This document shows positions 1 to 16,040 of a stretch of DNA of 64,000 bases, one piece after another. Origin of the DNA: the human T2T-CHM13v2.0 reference genome, Homo sapiens; assembly GCF_009914755.1 (NCBI RefSeq), contig NC_060932.1; one strand, 5' to 3'. Below the pieces are notes generated by a model, which made no database searches, was not told the DNA's origin, and saw only the letters and a program-made list of their open reading frames with translations. Within the stretch, counting starts at the first letter, position 1; every line of letters begins with the position of its first letter. The position numbers and the translations under genes are program-made.

Positions 1-736
1 CAGTCTTTAAAAATGGTCCAATCTAACTATTATTGTTCTTAGGCCATAGCGACATGTCTGTAACATATGAGTAACTTTATTCCAGGCTGGAAATGTTCCT
101 CTTTGGCCACACTGTGTACACAGTCAAAACGAGATGATAATGTGCCTAGGTAAATTTTACCTAACACAACCTTGACTGATGAAAGTACTTGATAAATATT
201 ATGCTTCATAATTTATATCAAAAAAATCAATTCAGAGAATGTTGGAAACAAAACTAAAACTAATGGGAGTGTCACATTATAGGTTTCTGGAATTAAAGGG
301 ACTTATTGTCATTCAACAGATATATGAAATACTGAACAAATATTGTCTGGTCATGATCACTTCAAATTGTTTAGGTTATAGATTGCCTAATCTAGTTTAA
401 TATAATCAGTATTTTTAAGAGAAATAAAAATGAAAAAAAATAAACCATATATCACCAAGACCTTCTGGATGCTTTTACACTGCATTTGGAGGTCCATCCC
501 CTGGCCACCCTTCTCTGGGGCCACATGCAAGCATTTGACAGAGCTGTTAAGTGAGATCCCTTTCTAGTGGTAGGTATTATACTTATGTAGGCATCAAACC
601 ACACTGCCAAAGCCACTATTCCCCTGAAATAAACCCTCCATGGCACAATGCACTTGATTTTTAATATTTTAAAAATCAGACATCTCTAATTATAGTAAAT
701 AACATATATAGACATCTGTTTCTTTATGATCTAAAT

Positions 737-1033
737 CAGTGCTTCTCAAACTGTGTGTGAGGAAAAACCATTTTTTTAAATTATTATTTCTAGTCTGTCA
801 TCTACTAATACTTTTGCAAAATACACAAATGATGAATTATTTAAAAATTAATTTTTAAATAACATACAAAATATAACCTTAATTTTTAAATTATTCTTAG
901 ATGCAACAGGCAAAAAAATTACTCTGTCAAGTTTCTAAGAGTTTTGCAACACTTACTCTCAATCTTAGTACTTATCTGGCCACAGACAGTGGGTAGACAG
1001 CATGGGCCTGGGACCACACTATGAGTAGCACTG
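737..1033. mobile_element. hAT-Charlie-type non-autonomous DNA transposon fossil
   Basis: Terminal inverted repeats cagtgcttctcaaact / actatgagtagcactg; degenerate 8-bp TSD atctaaat / atcaaagt. Confidence 0.65.
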
Positions 1034-1076
1034 ATCAAAGTGCCATGCATGTATTTATTCAAGAGGTATACTTTAC

Positions 1077-1294
1077 CTCTGACATCCTTTCCAAATCCCA
1101 TCGAAGAAACTTTTTTGTCCGCTTGTTCACTGTTGTTTGATTTCTCCTTCAGAACATCGTCATCACTAACAGCATCAACAGAAAATTTTTTCTTTTTCTT
1201 TTTCTTGTGTCGAGGTGGAAGCTTTTTTGGGAAAGTAAACATTGGGAATATCACAAGAAACATTGCAATGGCACAAAGGAGGAATCCACTCCAC
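1077..1294 (-). CDS. SLCO5A1: SLCO5A1 (OATP5A1) internal coding exon, 218 bp (probably exon 4)
   Basis: Minus strand reads ttttag|G TGG AGT GGA TTC...GTC AGA G|gtaaag. Encodes WSGFLLCAIAMFLVIFPMFTFPKKLPPRHKKKKKKKFSVDAVSDDDVLKEKSNNSEQADKKVSSMGFGKDVR, an OATP transmembrane segment plus cytoplasmic loop. Its phase-2 start matches the upstream exon ending in TG. Confidence 0.96.
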
Positions 1295-1794
1295 CTAAAA
1301 AATTGGAAAATGTGAATAGCATTTACGTCTTTTCTTTTGTGAGTGAGAACAAATTAGTAAAGCAGAAGTTTGTGGTGAAAAAATTTTGAAGAAAACTTTT
1401 TGTAATCAACTGTAAAGCAGTAGGAAGTTGAGCAAACTAAGAAAATGAAGGAATTCTCTCTTTCTGTGATATAAATGAGAAATCTACTCAATAATTATAC
1501 CAGTGTTATACTGAATATTATAATCAGCAACCTGATTCGAATTTCATTCAAGTATTTTTGAGCACCAATGAGTTAGTTCTGCTAGCATTGCTAACCTTCT
1601 ACAATGTGTATTTTATGATAAATCCCTAAATTATAAATTCAATAGAAAAATAATGTAGACAATAGCATGTTATGTGGACCAATATAGACTTTTTTTTGTC
1701 ATAAGAAAAGCATTAATATCCCATGTGAAATATGTTTTAAATTATTGAGAATATTCAAATATTTTTCTGCAAACACTTAAGAATGTATTGACCC

Positions 1795-2072
<278 letters not shown>

Positions 2073-3025
2073 GAGAATGTATTGCCTCCCACTTAGCTGG
2101 CCTTCACAATACTTCACCAAGTATGAGGGTTACCAACAAAGACATTTAAACTTAGTCCTTGCCTTCAAGAACCTACAACCTGTTCATAAGCAAGCCAAAA
2201 ATATAAGAAACCTCTAAGAAATGCAAAATGTATATAATTAAATATTAGGTTATATGGTACAGATTATGAGTGCTACCAAAATTCAGAGAGGGGAAATTAA
2301 TGTGTATCGGAAAGCTTCCTAAAAGAAGTAGAACAGGAGCTATTAGACTCAGAATTCTGTCGTGAAATTCACCTGAGATTGCCACGTTGCAGAGCACTAG
2401 GAAGCAAACACAGGGAGTAGAATGAAATTGTAGTATTAGAGCCCTGGGCTTCTTGACTGCATGATGCCCCGTGGGGCAATTTCTCAGTTCCCTTTCAACA
2501 TTTCCTTAGCAATCAGAGGTCCCTGGCACTCCCTAACAGGGTAGCCACGTTCTAACTATGATTCCTCACCTCCAAACTCTGCCATTCAAGCTTCCAAGTT
2601 CATAAATGCTCAACACATTCCCATCAACTGTAACCAGAATGCAAGCAGCATCATAAGTATTAACGCTGAATTCAATCAGGTAAGACTATAGATCCATTGC
2701 AAAGTGAAAATTCATTTTTTAAAATAATGTTTCTATTAAAGTGCTGTTATCAGCTGCTAAAGGTCACAGTTGAGAGAATGATTCCTACAATTAGTCATTA
2801 ATAATTTAGTGTGCTATTTTCAAAGATATTTAAAGTTACATCAAATGAAGATTTTAAGATAGTCAGTAAAGGGCTTTATTTTGAGAAGTTTGTTCGGGGC
2901 AGACTTCCAGCAATCTCAGTTATTCAGAATGTAATCACCAGCCCAGTGCCTGACACAGATTAGGTACTCAAAAAAACATGCTGAATAAATAAATTGAAAG
3001 AGACAGTTTTAATTTTAAAAATGTC

Positions 3026-3356
<331 letters not shown>

Positions 3357-3544
3357 GGTCATCTGTCTATAGAGAACATAGCTATGATAATGCCTGGCCC
3401 TCTTAGTACTTGGCTGCTTACGAGGTCCTTACCCATCAGGCACTGCTCACTTGCCTCTGGAGCCTCTCTCCACGAACTCTCCATTCCAGTCCCCTGAATC
3501 CCTGCAGCTCCCTGAGCTCTCACACTCTCTCCAGAAGACGGCAG

Positions 3545-3720
3545 GCAGTGTAGTGTAGGGGACAACTCATGGGCTGTGGCTTCAGGCAGACCTGGGTTTG
3601 TATCCTGTCTTTACCACTTGCTTACTATAGGATCCTGTGAAAATTATTTTGCTTTTCCAAATCAGCCTTCTTATCTACAAGTGGGGTATTAAGTATGTTT
3701 GGGGATCATCAAAATTAAAT
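3545..3720 (+). mobile_element. MIR
   Basis: cagacctgggtttgtatcctg...ccttcttatctacaagtgggg MIR core. Confidence 0.7.
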
Positions 3721-3837
3721 AAGACAGTGTTATGATGGATGTCATAAAACATCTGTCCCCAAATTAACAATCAGTTCATGATAGCTAGTTTTGTGTGTCT
3801 GGTTTGCTTTTTAATTAATTATTTATTTATCTTGATT

Positions 3838-4121
<284 letters not shown>

Positions 4122-4529
4122 ATGCTTTTTACATAGCATTGCACTCAACCTCCCTGCCCATCCCAGCCCCAGCCATTAACTTAAGATTATATGCAAACAT
4201 TAAAAATTTACTCATAATAGCCCAAAGTGAAGGTGCATAACAGGAAGGGGAGAAATACAGCAAATAAACAAAAAAATACAAAAATAATATTAAAGTGTGG
4301 GGTCACTTCAAAGCAGAGCAAACCAACTCACATTATTCAACAGTCTCAAATAACATCGATACAACACATCATATAATAATGATGCTAAAGAGGACTCTGA
4401 GAAAAGCTGAGACAAGAAAGTGTGCAGTACCTGTTGGAAAAAGACACATCAATAACAGCTACACTTGAAAAGCCAAGCTACCTAAATCCCTTTCATGAAC
4501 CATGACTCAGAGACCATTCACTAAGGGGG

Positions 4530-4775
4530 CCAGTTAAGAGAGTGAACTGAGAGCTGTGCTCCGGAGTCAGTTTCTTTTCCCAGCTCTCACTGACTCTGAG
4601 GCTAATGGAAAATTATTGAACTCCCTGAGCATCAATTTCCTCAGCTGCAAAATGCACATACCAGTGACTACCTATGGTTGTTCCAAGGTAGTTCCAAGGC
4701 TTAAATGAGAATGTCTGTAGAGCTTAGTATAATGCTTGACACAAAATAAGCACCCAATACATTTTAGCATTATTC
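4530..4775 (+). mobile_element. MIR
   Basis: tttcctcagctgcaaaatg core and 3' ttaaatgag...aagcacccaatac. Confidence 0.7.
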
Positions 4776-5049
4776 ATTCCTTCCTTCCTTCCTTCTCCCT
4801 TTCAGCATGTGCCCATTGAAAACTTATCACTGCTGCTAGACATCGTATAAAATAACATTGCATCAAATAACTATGTCTTTGTTCAAGGTAGAAGTGTGTT
4901 ACAAGCAGTTACTCAATAAAATTCAAATTCATGTTTAAATAGACCCTCATTATATATTTCTATATTGACAATCTTTATCATGTATAGAACTAACATTGAG
5001 CCATTAAAAATGGATAAAATTACTTGAGCACTGATTAAATTCAAAGGAC

Positions 5050-5270
5050 TGAATAGCTAACACATACTGTACAGCAGGAACAACTTAGAGTGCTAGACAT
5101 GTAAACTCATTCATTCCTCACAATGACCCTATGATAATAAGTACCATAACTACCTTCTTTTATGGATTATAAAAACTGAGGCACAGAGTAACTTCCCCAA
5201 GCTCACATAGGTATTAGGTGGCAGACTAGGGTTTAAACCCAGGGGAATATGGATTCAGGGTCTATACTCT
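5050..5270 (-). mobile_element. MIR
   Basis: aaactgaggcacagag...cccaagctcaca reverse MIR core. Confidence 0.7.
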
Positions 5271-5284
5271 TCATCTCTCAATTT

Positions 5285-5589
<305 letters not shown>

Positions 5590-6829
5590 CTCATCTCTCA
5601 ATTTTGCTGCCAACTGGACTAACATCTCCTAAAAACAGTTCAAAAGATGGCATAAAGCACTGGTAAGACTAAAGCTCCTGCCTTCCCTCCTTCTCCCTAC
5701 CTGAGTTGGTTCTCCCCATCTTTCCCTCCAGATGTTTCCCTGTCACTGTGCCCTCCTTAAGGACCTCTAAATAGAACACAGAACATATGCTGGATGTTCA
5801 TAAATAGAGTTAATTAATCTGGTTTTCTGACAATGAAAAACATCTCTACTCTGATTAATTTCAGAACTGGAAAGAAAACAGACAAGACCAAAAATTTCAC
5901 TATGAGTCAAGAACTTAAAACTCCTGTGTTATTTCCCTAATGCTGACAGGGGAACTCCTTTCTGTATGATTTAAAAATTCTACCAGACATAACACTTCCA
6001 GCTTCAAAGAGCATTACTTATGAAAATAGGAAGTGTGTATAACAATTAATATCTGTTAGCTGCTTTGAAAATCAATAGTGTTAAACATTATTCCTACCAA
6101 CCTCGGAGTTATGATGTTATTATCATGTAATGAAACACAGAGAGAATAAAGTACTCTAAGACATTTTTTAGAAAGTAATTACTTTCTCCATGTGTGTCTA
6201 TGTTCCAAAAAAAAGTGAGTGAGTAATTACTTGGCACATATCTTTTCTAATACTGAAGTATTCTCTTAACTATAAAGTGAAAATGCCTTATCAATGTATA
6301 TATATTGCTAATCCACATGAAATGAATTCAGGACACCAATATTTTCAGTTAGTGCTTGCAATTGTGAAAAATAACTTATCATGTTCAAGTTGAGGACTGC
6401 AAGAACTCAAACGCAACTCTGTTATTTGGATAAATAACATAACATCCAAAGTTGAAGTTCTCATTCTGAGTCCTAAGCATTACTTATTTTCCAGGACAAT
6501 TAAGTCCTAGCAAGCGAGAAAGCAGCTAAATCTCTAGCACACATGAGGAAACAAAATATTAGCAAGAAAAAAGGGTCACTGAGAGTGTGACAATGGAAAA
6601 GCAGGACTGGCATTCCAGGCAGTGGGAGAGGGTTGTAAAGCAGACACCAAATACAATAAGAAAGTGAAAACAATGTATTTTTTTAAGGCACAGAAAAGAT
6701 ACTGAAAGGTATGATTAAAGTCAGCAGGAAAGTCCCCACGCAGCCACAGCAGTCCTTTTCCTTCACTCTGCTATAAAGGAAGCACCCCAATCCTAAAGAA
6801 TGTGGATTAAGCCAGTGTCCCCAAACCCT

Positions 6830-7260
6830 CTGTATAAGCTCTCTGCTATAAGAAGTTACCACACACTTCGTGGCTTCAGGCAACACAATCTGATTCATGT
6901 CACAGTTCTGGAGGTCAGAAGTGTAAAATGGTTGAAAGGGCTGGAGGCTGGGGAAGAACCCATTTCCTTGCTTTTCCAGCTTCTAGAGTCCACCTGCATT
7001 CTTTGCTCGCAGCCCCTTCCTCCATCTTCAAGGCACAACACTCCAACCTGTGCTTTAATCATCGAATCTCCTTCTTTGATTCTTGCCCTCCTGCTTCCGT
7101 CTTTCCTTTGATTACACTGGGCCCACCCAGGTCATCTAAAATAATATCAGAGTCCTTAATCACATCTGCAAAGTCCCTCTTGCCATGTAAGATAACATAT
7201 TCATAGGTTCTGGGGATTAGGACGTAGCTTTCTTTGGGATGTTATTAACCTGCCTGTCAC
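6830..7260 (-). mobile_element. MLT1-family MaLR solo LTR
   Basis: cacagttctggaggtcagaag...ccttaatcacatctgcaaagtccct...ttctggggattaggac motifs. Confidence 0.8.
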
Positions 7261-7385
7261 CCCTTCCCAGGCACCTTTCAGCTATTTTTTGTCTCCCCAT
7301 TGGAAAAATTTTAAATACAAGTGTACCATGACTTTAACTATTATTAGTAAGAACTGAAATTTAAAAATTAGAAAACAGAACTTAC

Positions 7386-7518
7386 CAGTTTCCAATGAAA
7401 CGAGGGTCATTCTGGTCAAGGTGAACAGGATTTCTGGGATCAACATAAAAACCAATAAGAAGTCCACCTAATAAATATCCCACTGCAGGGCCAAGTGCTC
7501 CCATGACATACATGATGG
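7386..7518 (-). CDS. SLCO5A1: SLCO5A1 internal coding exon, 133 bp (probably exon 3)
   Basis: Minus strand reads ctgtcttctcag|CC ATC ATG...GGA AAC TG|gtaagt. Encodes (A)[43 protein letters not shown](W). Across the junction it forms the OATP family signature D-x-R-[WF]-[IV]-G-x-WW-x-G-F. The ORF track misses this frame. Confidence 0.96.
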
Positions 7519-7723
7519 CTGAGAAGACAGAAGGGGAAATGTGAAATACAGCGACGTTTTATTACATGTTAGGAGTTCTCTCATTTCACTCTCATACCAC
7601 AGACATCTCACAGTTCAATCCAGTTAACTTCCAAAAACGGAGACCTTTGGAGATTTGTGTCCATGTCTACATCTTGGTTTTGAAGCTTGCCCTTTGTTAA
7701 CCTATTGTCCTCTTAGAGCGTAA

Positions 7724-8095
<372 letters not shown>

Positions 8096-8638
8096 CCTGT
8101 TTTTTAATATAAGTGTTCAGACCCCACTCCAGAACCACTAAATTCTAATTTCTAGAAATAGAGACCCAGGCTAGTTAATGAGGCAGTCACTGAATAACCA
8201 AGAGAAGATTTTTTTTATGTCTAAGATAAGGAAAAAAAAAGGAAAAAGTAGGTTTCACTCATCATAGCTAGAAGATTCTAGCACGATGAGGGAATTTAAG
8301 ACCAGATTTTGCTATGAGGCTGGATTCAGCTGAATTGACAAAACTGCTTAAGTGTCCTCACATTGCTAATATTTTTTCAAACCACCATGTTAGAATTAAA
8401 TAAGATGTTACAATGCATTTGGTTTACTGTTAATTGAAGTATCTTACTCAAATATGAATAAATCTACCTAAATGGCATGGGTCAAAAGTTCCAAATGGAA
8501 AGCACCAACCACAGATGAACCAGAAAATAATTTTTTAAAGCACATGCCCAAAGGGGGTGGGGAGAGTATGTCTCACTGCCAGTGTATCAAAAAGGTTGTC
8601 ACTGTATCCAAAAATCTTGCCATCAAAATGGGCATATA

Positions 8639-9266
<628 letters not shown>

Positions 9267-9456
9267 TGTATAGCAAACAACAACAAATTCATTAGCATTC
9301 CTTTAATTTTTTATTTTTCAATTTTCACTTTTATAATTTAAAATTATAAAATAAGTAATATTTTGTCAATTTTAAAATTTTAAGATAGGATATGGAATTC
9401 CTTGAGAATCATAGAAAAATCTAGCCACATTCCAAACCTAATTTTTTCCTATTTGA

Positions 9457-9774
<318 letters not shown>

Positions 9775-10723
9775 AATAAACACTTTTATGGCACTGTTGT
9801 GTACAAGGCCTGGTAACAAACTCAGATGTTAAGAGTTCCTCATTTCCAATGTCAGCATACATTGTTAACCACTGAGTAAATAAGGAAGCTTTGCCATATC
9901 CTTTAAAGTTACCAGAAAGCAAAGTGGAATAATTAGAATGGCTTCACCTTACTTTATCATTCACACCTAAATACACTTTGAATGATTTTGTACCTCCTGT
10001 TACTTTTAACCACAAACAGCAAGACAGTAATTTAACACCTGCTCTCACTTTTCACACTATTTCAAAAGAGAAAGCACAGTGTTTATTTTATAGAATCATC
10101 TGCTTGTAACAATAAGACATTAAGTTCTTTGACTCTCCATCTGTGTTTGGAAATGGAGAATGGAGGCAGAGCCACAAGTAATTCGTACTTTTTCAGAAGC
10201 ATGCTTCTCATCAATAAAATTAGAATTTTGATAAAGATCTTGTTAATCTCTTTGTTTATAGTCTAGACTGTAACTCAAGAATAGAAAGTACTTTTTCTGT
10301 TATAGGTATTCCCATACGCATATGAAGACAACACTTATGTTTCCACCTCCAGACAAACCGGCATCATTAACAACTTAAAACTGTAATGAGGCCAAAATGT
10401 GACATGAATCATTCTCCCAAAATAGTTCCTCTGGCATGAAAGAAGCTATCTTACACACACAGACAGGGAAAAGGGTATTTCCGCCATAGTGTTTATGCCA
10501 GGTGCACCTGACTGCAACATCTTGGAGTGGCAAGCGGGATTGTGCAGGATGTGTACAGGCCAGACACACAATATCCAGTAAGAGGAAAATTCATTAAATA
10601 GCATTCACCAAAAAAACCCTTAACTACTCCCTAAAATATAGATAAAGCTTTTTAAAATTTGGAAAAGTAACCAGAAACATTTATTTCTATTATATAGCAA
10701 GCAAGTCCAGTGGAATCACTCCC

Positions 10724-10997
10724 ATATATATCTGTGTGCCTGTGTGTATATATATGTATGTATACGTGTGCCTGTGTATGTATATGTATGTATATGTGTG
10801 CCTGTGTGTATACAGATACATATATATATACACACACACACAATGGCACACATATACACACATATACAACTACATATATGTGTATATGTGTATATATTAC
10901 AGTATATTGCAATTATATATGTATACATGTACATATATGACGGTATATTACAGTTATATAAGAATGTGTGTATATGTATATTACTCTGTATGAGTAT

Positions 10998-11032
<35 letters not shown>

Positions 11033-11052
11033 GAGGCACATATACATATATA
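10724..11052. repeat. (TA/TG/CA)n compound microsatellite
   Basis: Mostly alternating purine-pyrimidine tract of ~330 bp. Confidence 0.9.
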
Positions 11053-11669
11053 ATTCTTGACCTGGTCCCATTTAGTAAATAAGTCATTCTCTGGGAAGAA
11101 ATATTTCTGGCTAGAAGAAGCCTTTCTGGCTACTGCACTAACATTAGTGGATTAACCAATGGTTCTCATTCAGAGCTTATAAGAGAAGTAAATTGTTGAA
11201 GCAAACCTGTACCACTCAACTCTTCCAGTCGAAAACTCTCAGTCCTTCCTACTGACTGAAGGTAAAGGTCTAAACTGTCCTACCTGGAGTTCAAGTGCAG
11301 GACAAACCGGCCTCCTGCTACCATTCTATCTTAAAACTGTAAGATCTAAAGCCTGTACTCCAGGCCCCATGCTCAGCACAGGCCTAGGTGGAACCAGGTC
11401 CCTTCCTTTGCTGACCTCACCATACTCTGCCTGGGCCTTTCCAACTCTCTGGATCCTACCTATTCTTCAAGGTCCAACCAAGTCCAGGCCTGACTGTCCT
11501 CCCCTAAGTGGCCTCTCTCCTCAGAATCCCTGTAGACTCTTTTTTGTCTATTCTAGCAGCCCTCACACTCCATCATGCATCTCTAGAAGTAAAAGGTTTT
11601 AAGCACTTATCTTGAATGGAAGTGTTTTCTGTGTAATGCATAGGTACTATTAGTCTCTCTCTCACAGCT

Positions 11670-12465
11670 GACTTCGAATGCATCAGTAAATCCTGTTGGT
11701 TCTCCCATCAAATTATATACAGCATCCAGCCCCTTCTCACCTCCATAGCTAATACTCTGGTCCAGGCTCATCTGGAAAACTGCCCTAGGCCTTCCAGCTG
11801 GTCTCCTGGCTTCTGCCCTTACTTCCCTACAATGTATGTCAACACAGCAGCCTTAATATCCTCTAGAAACATGAGCCAGATCATGTCACTTCTTGGCTCA
11901 CACCCTCCAGTGCCTTCCCATCCCACTCACAGCATGAAACCCATGTGTAGCTACAGGGACGTGCCGACACATTGGCACCCTCTCCTTTGTCTCCCCACTT
12001 CATCTCTCATCACTCCCTGTTCCCTAGGCTCCAGTCATACTGGTCTCCTCGTTCTTTAACCTTCCAGGCACATCTCCACCTTAGGGTCTTACCAGTTGCT
12101 CTGTGTGCACATGTGTGTGTTTGTGTGTGTGTGTGTATGCATGTGTGTGTGCATGTGTGTGTTTTGAATGCTCTTCTGCCACATGGCCACACGGTTCCTT
12201 CACTCACTCCCTCCAGTTAGTTACTCCAACAGTTCCTTCTCACTGATGCCTGACATGGCCACCTCAACTAAAAATTAAAGACTCTTTGCCCAATTCTTAC
12301 CACCCCTTTTCCCGCTTTATTTTTCTCCTAGTATATATTGCCACCTAACACTACATATTTCCTTTGTCCATCTTGTTTATCATCTGTCTTCCCCAACTGG
12401 AACATAAGCTCCTCAAGAGATGCTGGTCAGTGGTGCTCACTGCTATGTCCCCAGTGCCCTGCGCA
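11670..12465 (+). mobile_element. L2 3' region with embedded (TG)n
   Basis: aatcctgttggttctcc...ccagatcatgtcact...ctggaacataagctcc L2 3' motifs. Confidence 0.75.
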
Positions 12466-12984
12466 TGGAGGAGGCACACAGCCCTCTGCACTCACAAGCT
12501 CGTTACTCTCACTGCTCCCATTCAGCCAGTGAACGCTCTACTGTCATGAACAACAGTAGATGTCATGATGAAACTCTTCCTCAGTGTACACCAGCTCCTG
12601 ACATCTTAGCTAATAACAGCAGATATCAACCCATATTTCATGCAGTGAACTTGATAAATTTCATGTTTTTTGACTGTGTCCCAACAGATCTGATTACACC
12701 TTCATTGGTTTTCTCTCTTGATGAAGAACTTGGAAGTTTGGGCTATTCAATGAACCAGTAATATAAACACAAATAGAAGTCCCAATCTGTCCTTCCTGCA
12801 CCCCATTGGATTATCTTACAGGCAATGGAGTGCCCACTCCCCTCTGAGAGCACGCTAAATCATTCCATTCATCTGAGATTAAATGTGCCCTACTTTTTAT
12901 TTCTATTTATCCTGTCAAATATTTATATCTGATCTTTTCAAGAAACTCTGCATCCTTGACAGCAGGAATCACATCCTACATAGT

Positions 12985-13200
12985 ACTACATAGTGGATAA
13001 AGCACAGACTCCAAAATCATGTGTTCAAATCTCAGCTCCAATTCTCAACAATCTTAGGACCTTGAGCAAGTTGCTTAAGCTCTCTGAGCCTGTTTCCTCA
13101 TCTGTAAAGCTGAGATGATAGAAATATTTACTCACAGGTTATCATAGGCATGAAAGGAGTTAATACCTGTAAAGCATGTGGAATGCCTGGCACACAGGCT
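12985..13200 (+). mobile_element. MIR
   Basis: ccttgagcaagttgcttaagctctctgagcctgtttcctcatctgtaaa core. Confidence 0.8.
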
Positions 13201-13221
13201 ATATAAGAATAAGCTGTTTTA

Positions 13222-13554
<333 letters not shown>

Positions 13555-13557
13555 TTA

Positions 13558-13845
13558 GGCCAGTTGTGGCCTGTAATCCCCATGCCTGTAATCCCAGCAC
13601 TTTGGGAGGCTGAGGCAGGCTGATTGCTTGAGCTCAGGAGCTCAAGACCAGCCTGGGCAACATGGCAAAACTGCATCTCTACCAAAAATACAAATATTAG
13701 CCAGGCATGGTGGCACGCACCTGTAGTCCCAGCTACTCGGGAGGCTGAAGTGGGAGGATCACCTGAGTTTGGGAGGTCAAGGCTGCATGAGTCATGATCA
13801 TGCCACTGCACTCCAGCCTGTGCAACAGAGTAAGACCTTGCCTCT
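13558..13845 (+). mobile_element. AluJ lacking A tail
   Basis: J-type right arm (ggaggatcacctgag...gtcaaggctgca). Confidence 0.9.
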
Positions 13846-14062
13846 TTGGACATGGGAGGCATTCAATATGAATTTTTTATAGATTGATTACATATCATGA
13901 TCAAAAGAATGACCATGACCCTTATTTCTTATCCTATGTCTCTGGTTCCTCCTTTCTCTGGGTGTACCTCCTCCCAACCTTGGCAAGATGTACAGGTTAC
14001 ACATCAAAGGAATGCCCATCACTTGCCCATAGTCACAGACTTAGACTTATATAGATTTAGAC

Positions 14063-14443
14063 TGTATTGGTCATCTCAGGCTGCCATGACAAAATGCCAC
14101 ACGCTGGGTGGCTTAAGAAACCGACATTGATTTCCTCAGTTTAAGAGGGTGGAGTCTGAGATCAAGGTGCCATCGGCACTGGCTTCTGAGGAGGCCTCTC
14201 TTCCTGTCTTGTGGTTGGCTACCTTCTTGCTGCGTCCTCACCTGGCCTCTCTCTACACGAGCAGGAAGAGAGCGTTCCGGTGTCTCTTCCTCTTCTTATA
14301 AGGACCTCATAGATTAGGGACCAGGCACATGACCTCATCTCACCTTAACAACCTCCCTAAGGGCTCCCTCTCCACATACAATCACACTGGGGGTCAAGGC
14401 TTCAACATATGAATCCTTGGGGGACACAATTCAGTCCCTAGCA
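14063..14443 (-). mobile_element. MLT1A-type MaLR solo LTR
   Basis: Termini tgtattggtc...gggggacacaattcagtccctagca; typical internal motifs. Confidence 0.85.
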
Positions 14444-15924
14444 GATACCAACCCAACTGAAGCCATATCATTCCTCTTTCCCTTCTCTTGCTATTACTTC
14501 ACTGCTCGTCTAACATGTCTGTCCTCACCTTGACCACAGCCTGCCTCCCTCAGCCTTGGACATGATTTCTCTCCTGACTGTGCTTCCACCCCGTTCACTC
14601 AGTCGGCACACTGACATCTTCTGGTACCATCCCTTCAGGCTTGACCTAGTCCCCAGAGTCTGCTGTCTATGTGCTGGTCGCATGGTCATTCTTTCTCCAG
14701 AACATCCTGTGTACACTTGACCTAGAGCTAGCTCAGTGACCCACATGGGCTACACTCCCCATCCTTGAGAGCCCACTGCTTCACTGAGGACTCGCCTGAC
14801 CCACACAGGCCACAGGAATGTCTGTCCTAGGTGCTCACATCAAGTATTATCTGCACTGCCCACTTTATTATGTTGTGTATTATCACTACACACCCATTCA
14901 TCACTTTTTTCCATCTTTCCAGCTAGGTTAGACAGACTTCAGACTTTGAGGGCAGGCAACATGAATCACACTTTTCTGAATCTGCCCCAAAACCTAAAAT
15001 ACTGAACTATTGACATAGGAAGCACTGAAGTGAACATCCTCAGATCAGACCCCAGCCCCCACACCTGTGCCATGTCAAAAGTCACTCTCTCTGAGCCCTA
15101 ATAAGATTATGCATATAACCTGCTTAATATAATAAACATAGAAGAAATATTAAGTTGGATTTTTATGTTGAATAATTACCTATTAATTCTCTAATAACTA
15201 TTATTACATATTAATTTTGTATAGATAACATACATACATTATTTAATACATGACATACTTAACACCTTTATGTTATCTTAGTAAGTTATCTCTTCTGGAT
15301 TCATTATTTTTGATCCAGGAACTGGTTTTTGTGACAGGCTGGGGAGATGGGAGTTGGGAAAGAGAACATCTGGCCTTTCTTTCCTTGCAGAAAGGCCAGT
15401 GTAGGGTATCTTTCTGGAGTTGAACACGTGTGTGTCTATGCCTGTTGCTATAATTATTTTAAATTAAACTTTAGGGTTTTTCCTAATGATTACTAAATAT
15501 AAGATGGATTTATTTAGGGAGAACTCTCAAGAGCACAAAAAATAATTTTTAAAAAATCACCACAATCTCTACTACCCAAATAATACCACAGTGACAATAA
15601 CAATAGTAATAAATATTTCATACTATTCATGTATTCATCTACTGTATAAACTTTTTAAATAGTTAGATTACACAGTAATTATTGTTCCGTAATTATGTTT
15701 TTTCATGTAGCTATCTCCAGCTTTTTCTATGTCAATAAATATTCTTCCATAACATTTGCTATGTCTAAATGGTGCCTCATCGGGTGGTTATCTTATACTT
15801 CATAGTCAATCCCCTATGGACGCCAGCTTTATGCTGTTACAAATATCTAGCTGAGATTATTGCTCTGAAGATTGTATGACCTATTTGAAGCTTTATTATG
15901 TATATGCTGCAAAGAACCAGATCC

Positions 15925-16040
15925 CGGCCCGGCACGGTATCTCACACCTGTAATCCCAATACTTTGGGAAGCCGAAGTGGGACGATCACTTGAGCCCACG
16001 AGTTCAAGACTAGCCAGAGCAACATAGTGAGACCCATCTT
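15925..16040 (+). mobile_element. FLAM (free left Alu monomer)
   Basis: Single Alu arm only. Confidence 0.8.

Noticed and set aside
919-1076. C-terminal part of the 114-aa ORF (GKVYLLNKY...)
   Set aside because: Intronic read-through past the donor at 1076; overlaps a transposon fossil.
1181-1192. Programmed -1 frameshift site at AAA AAA TTT
   Set aside because: Does not fit the X XXY YYZ pattern in the coding frame.
7282-7467. 61-aa minus-strand ORF over the exon
   Set aside because: Wrong frame; the true frame gives the OATP signature.
10652-11082. Overlapping Tyr/Ile/Cys/His-rich ORFs
   Set aside because: Artefacts of a dinucleotide repeat.
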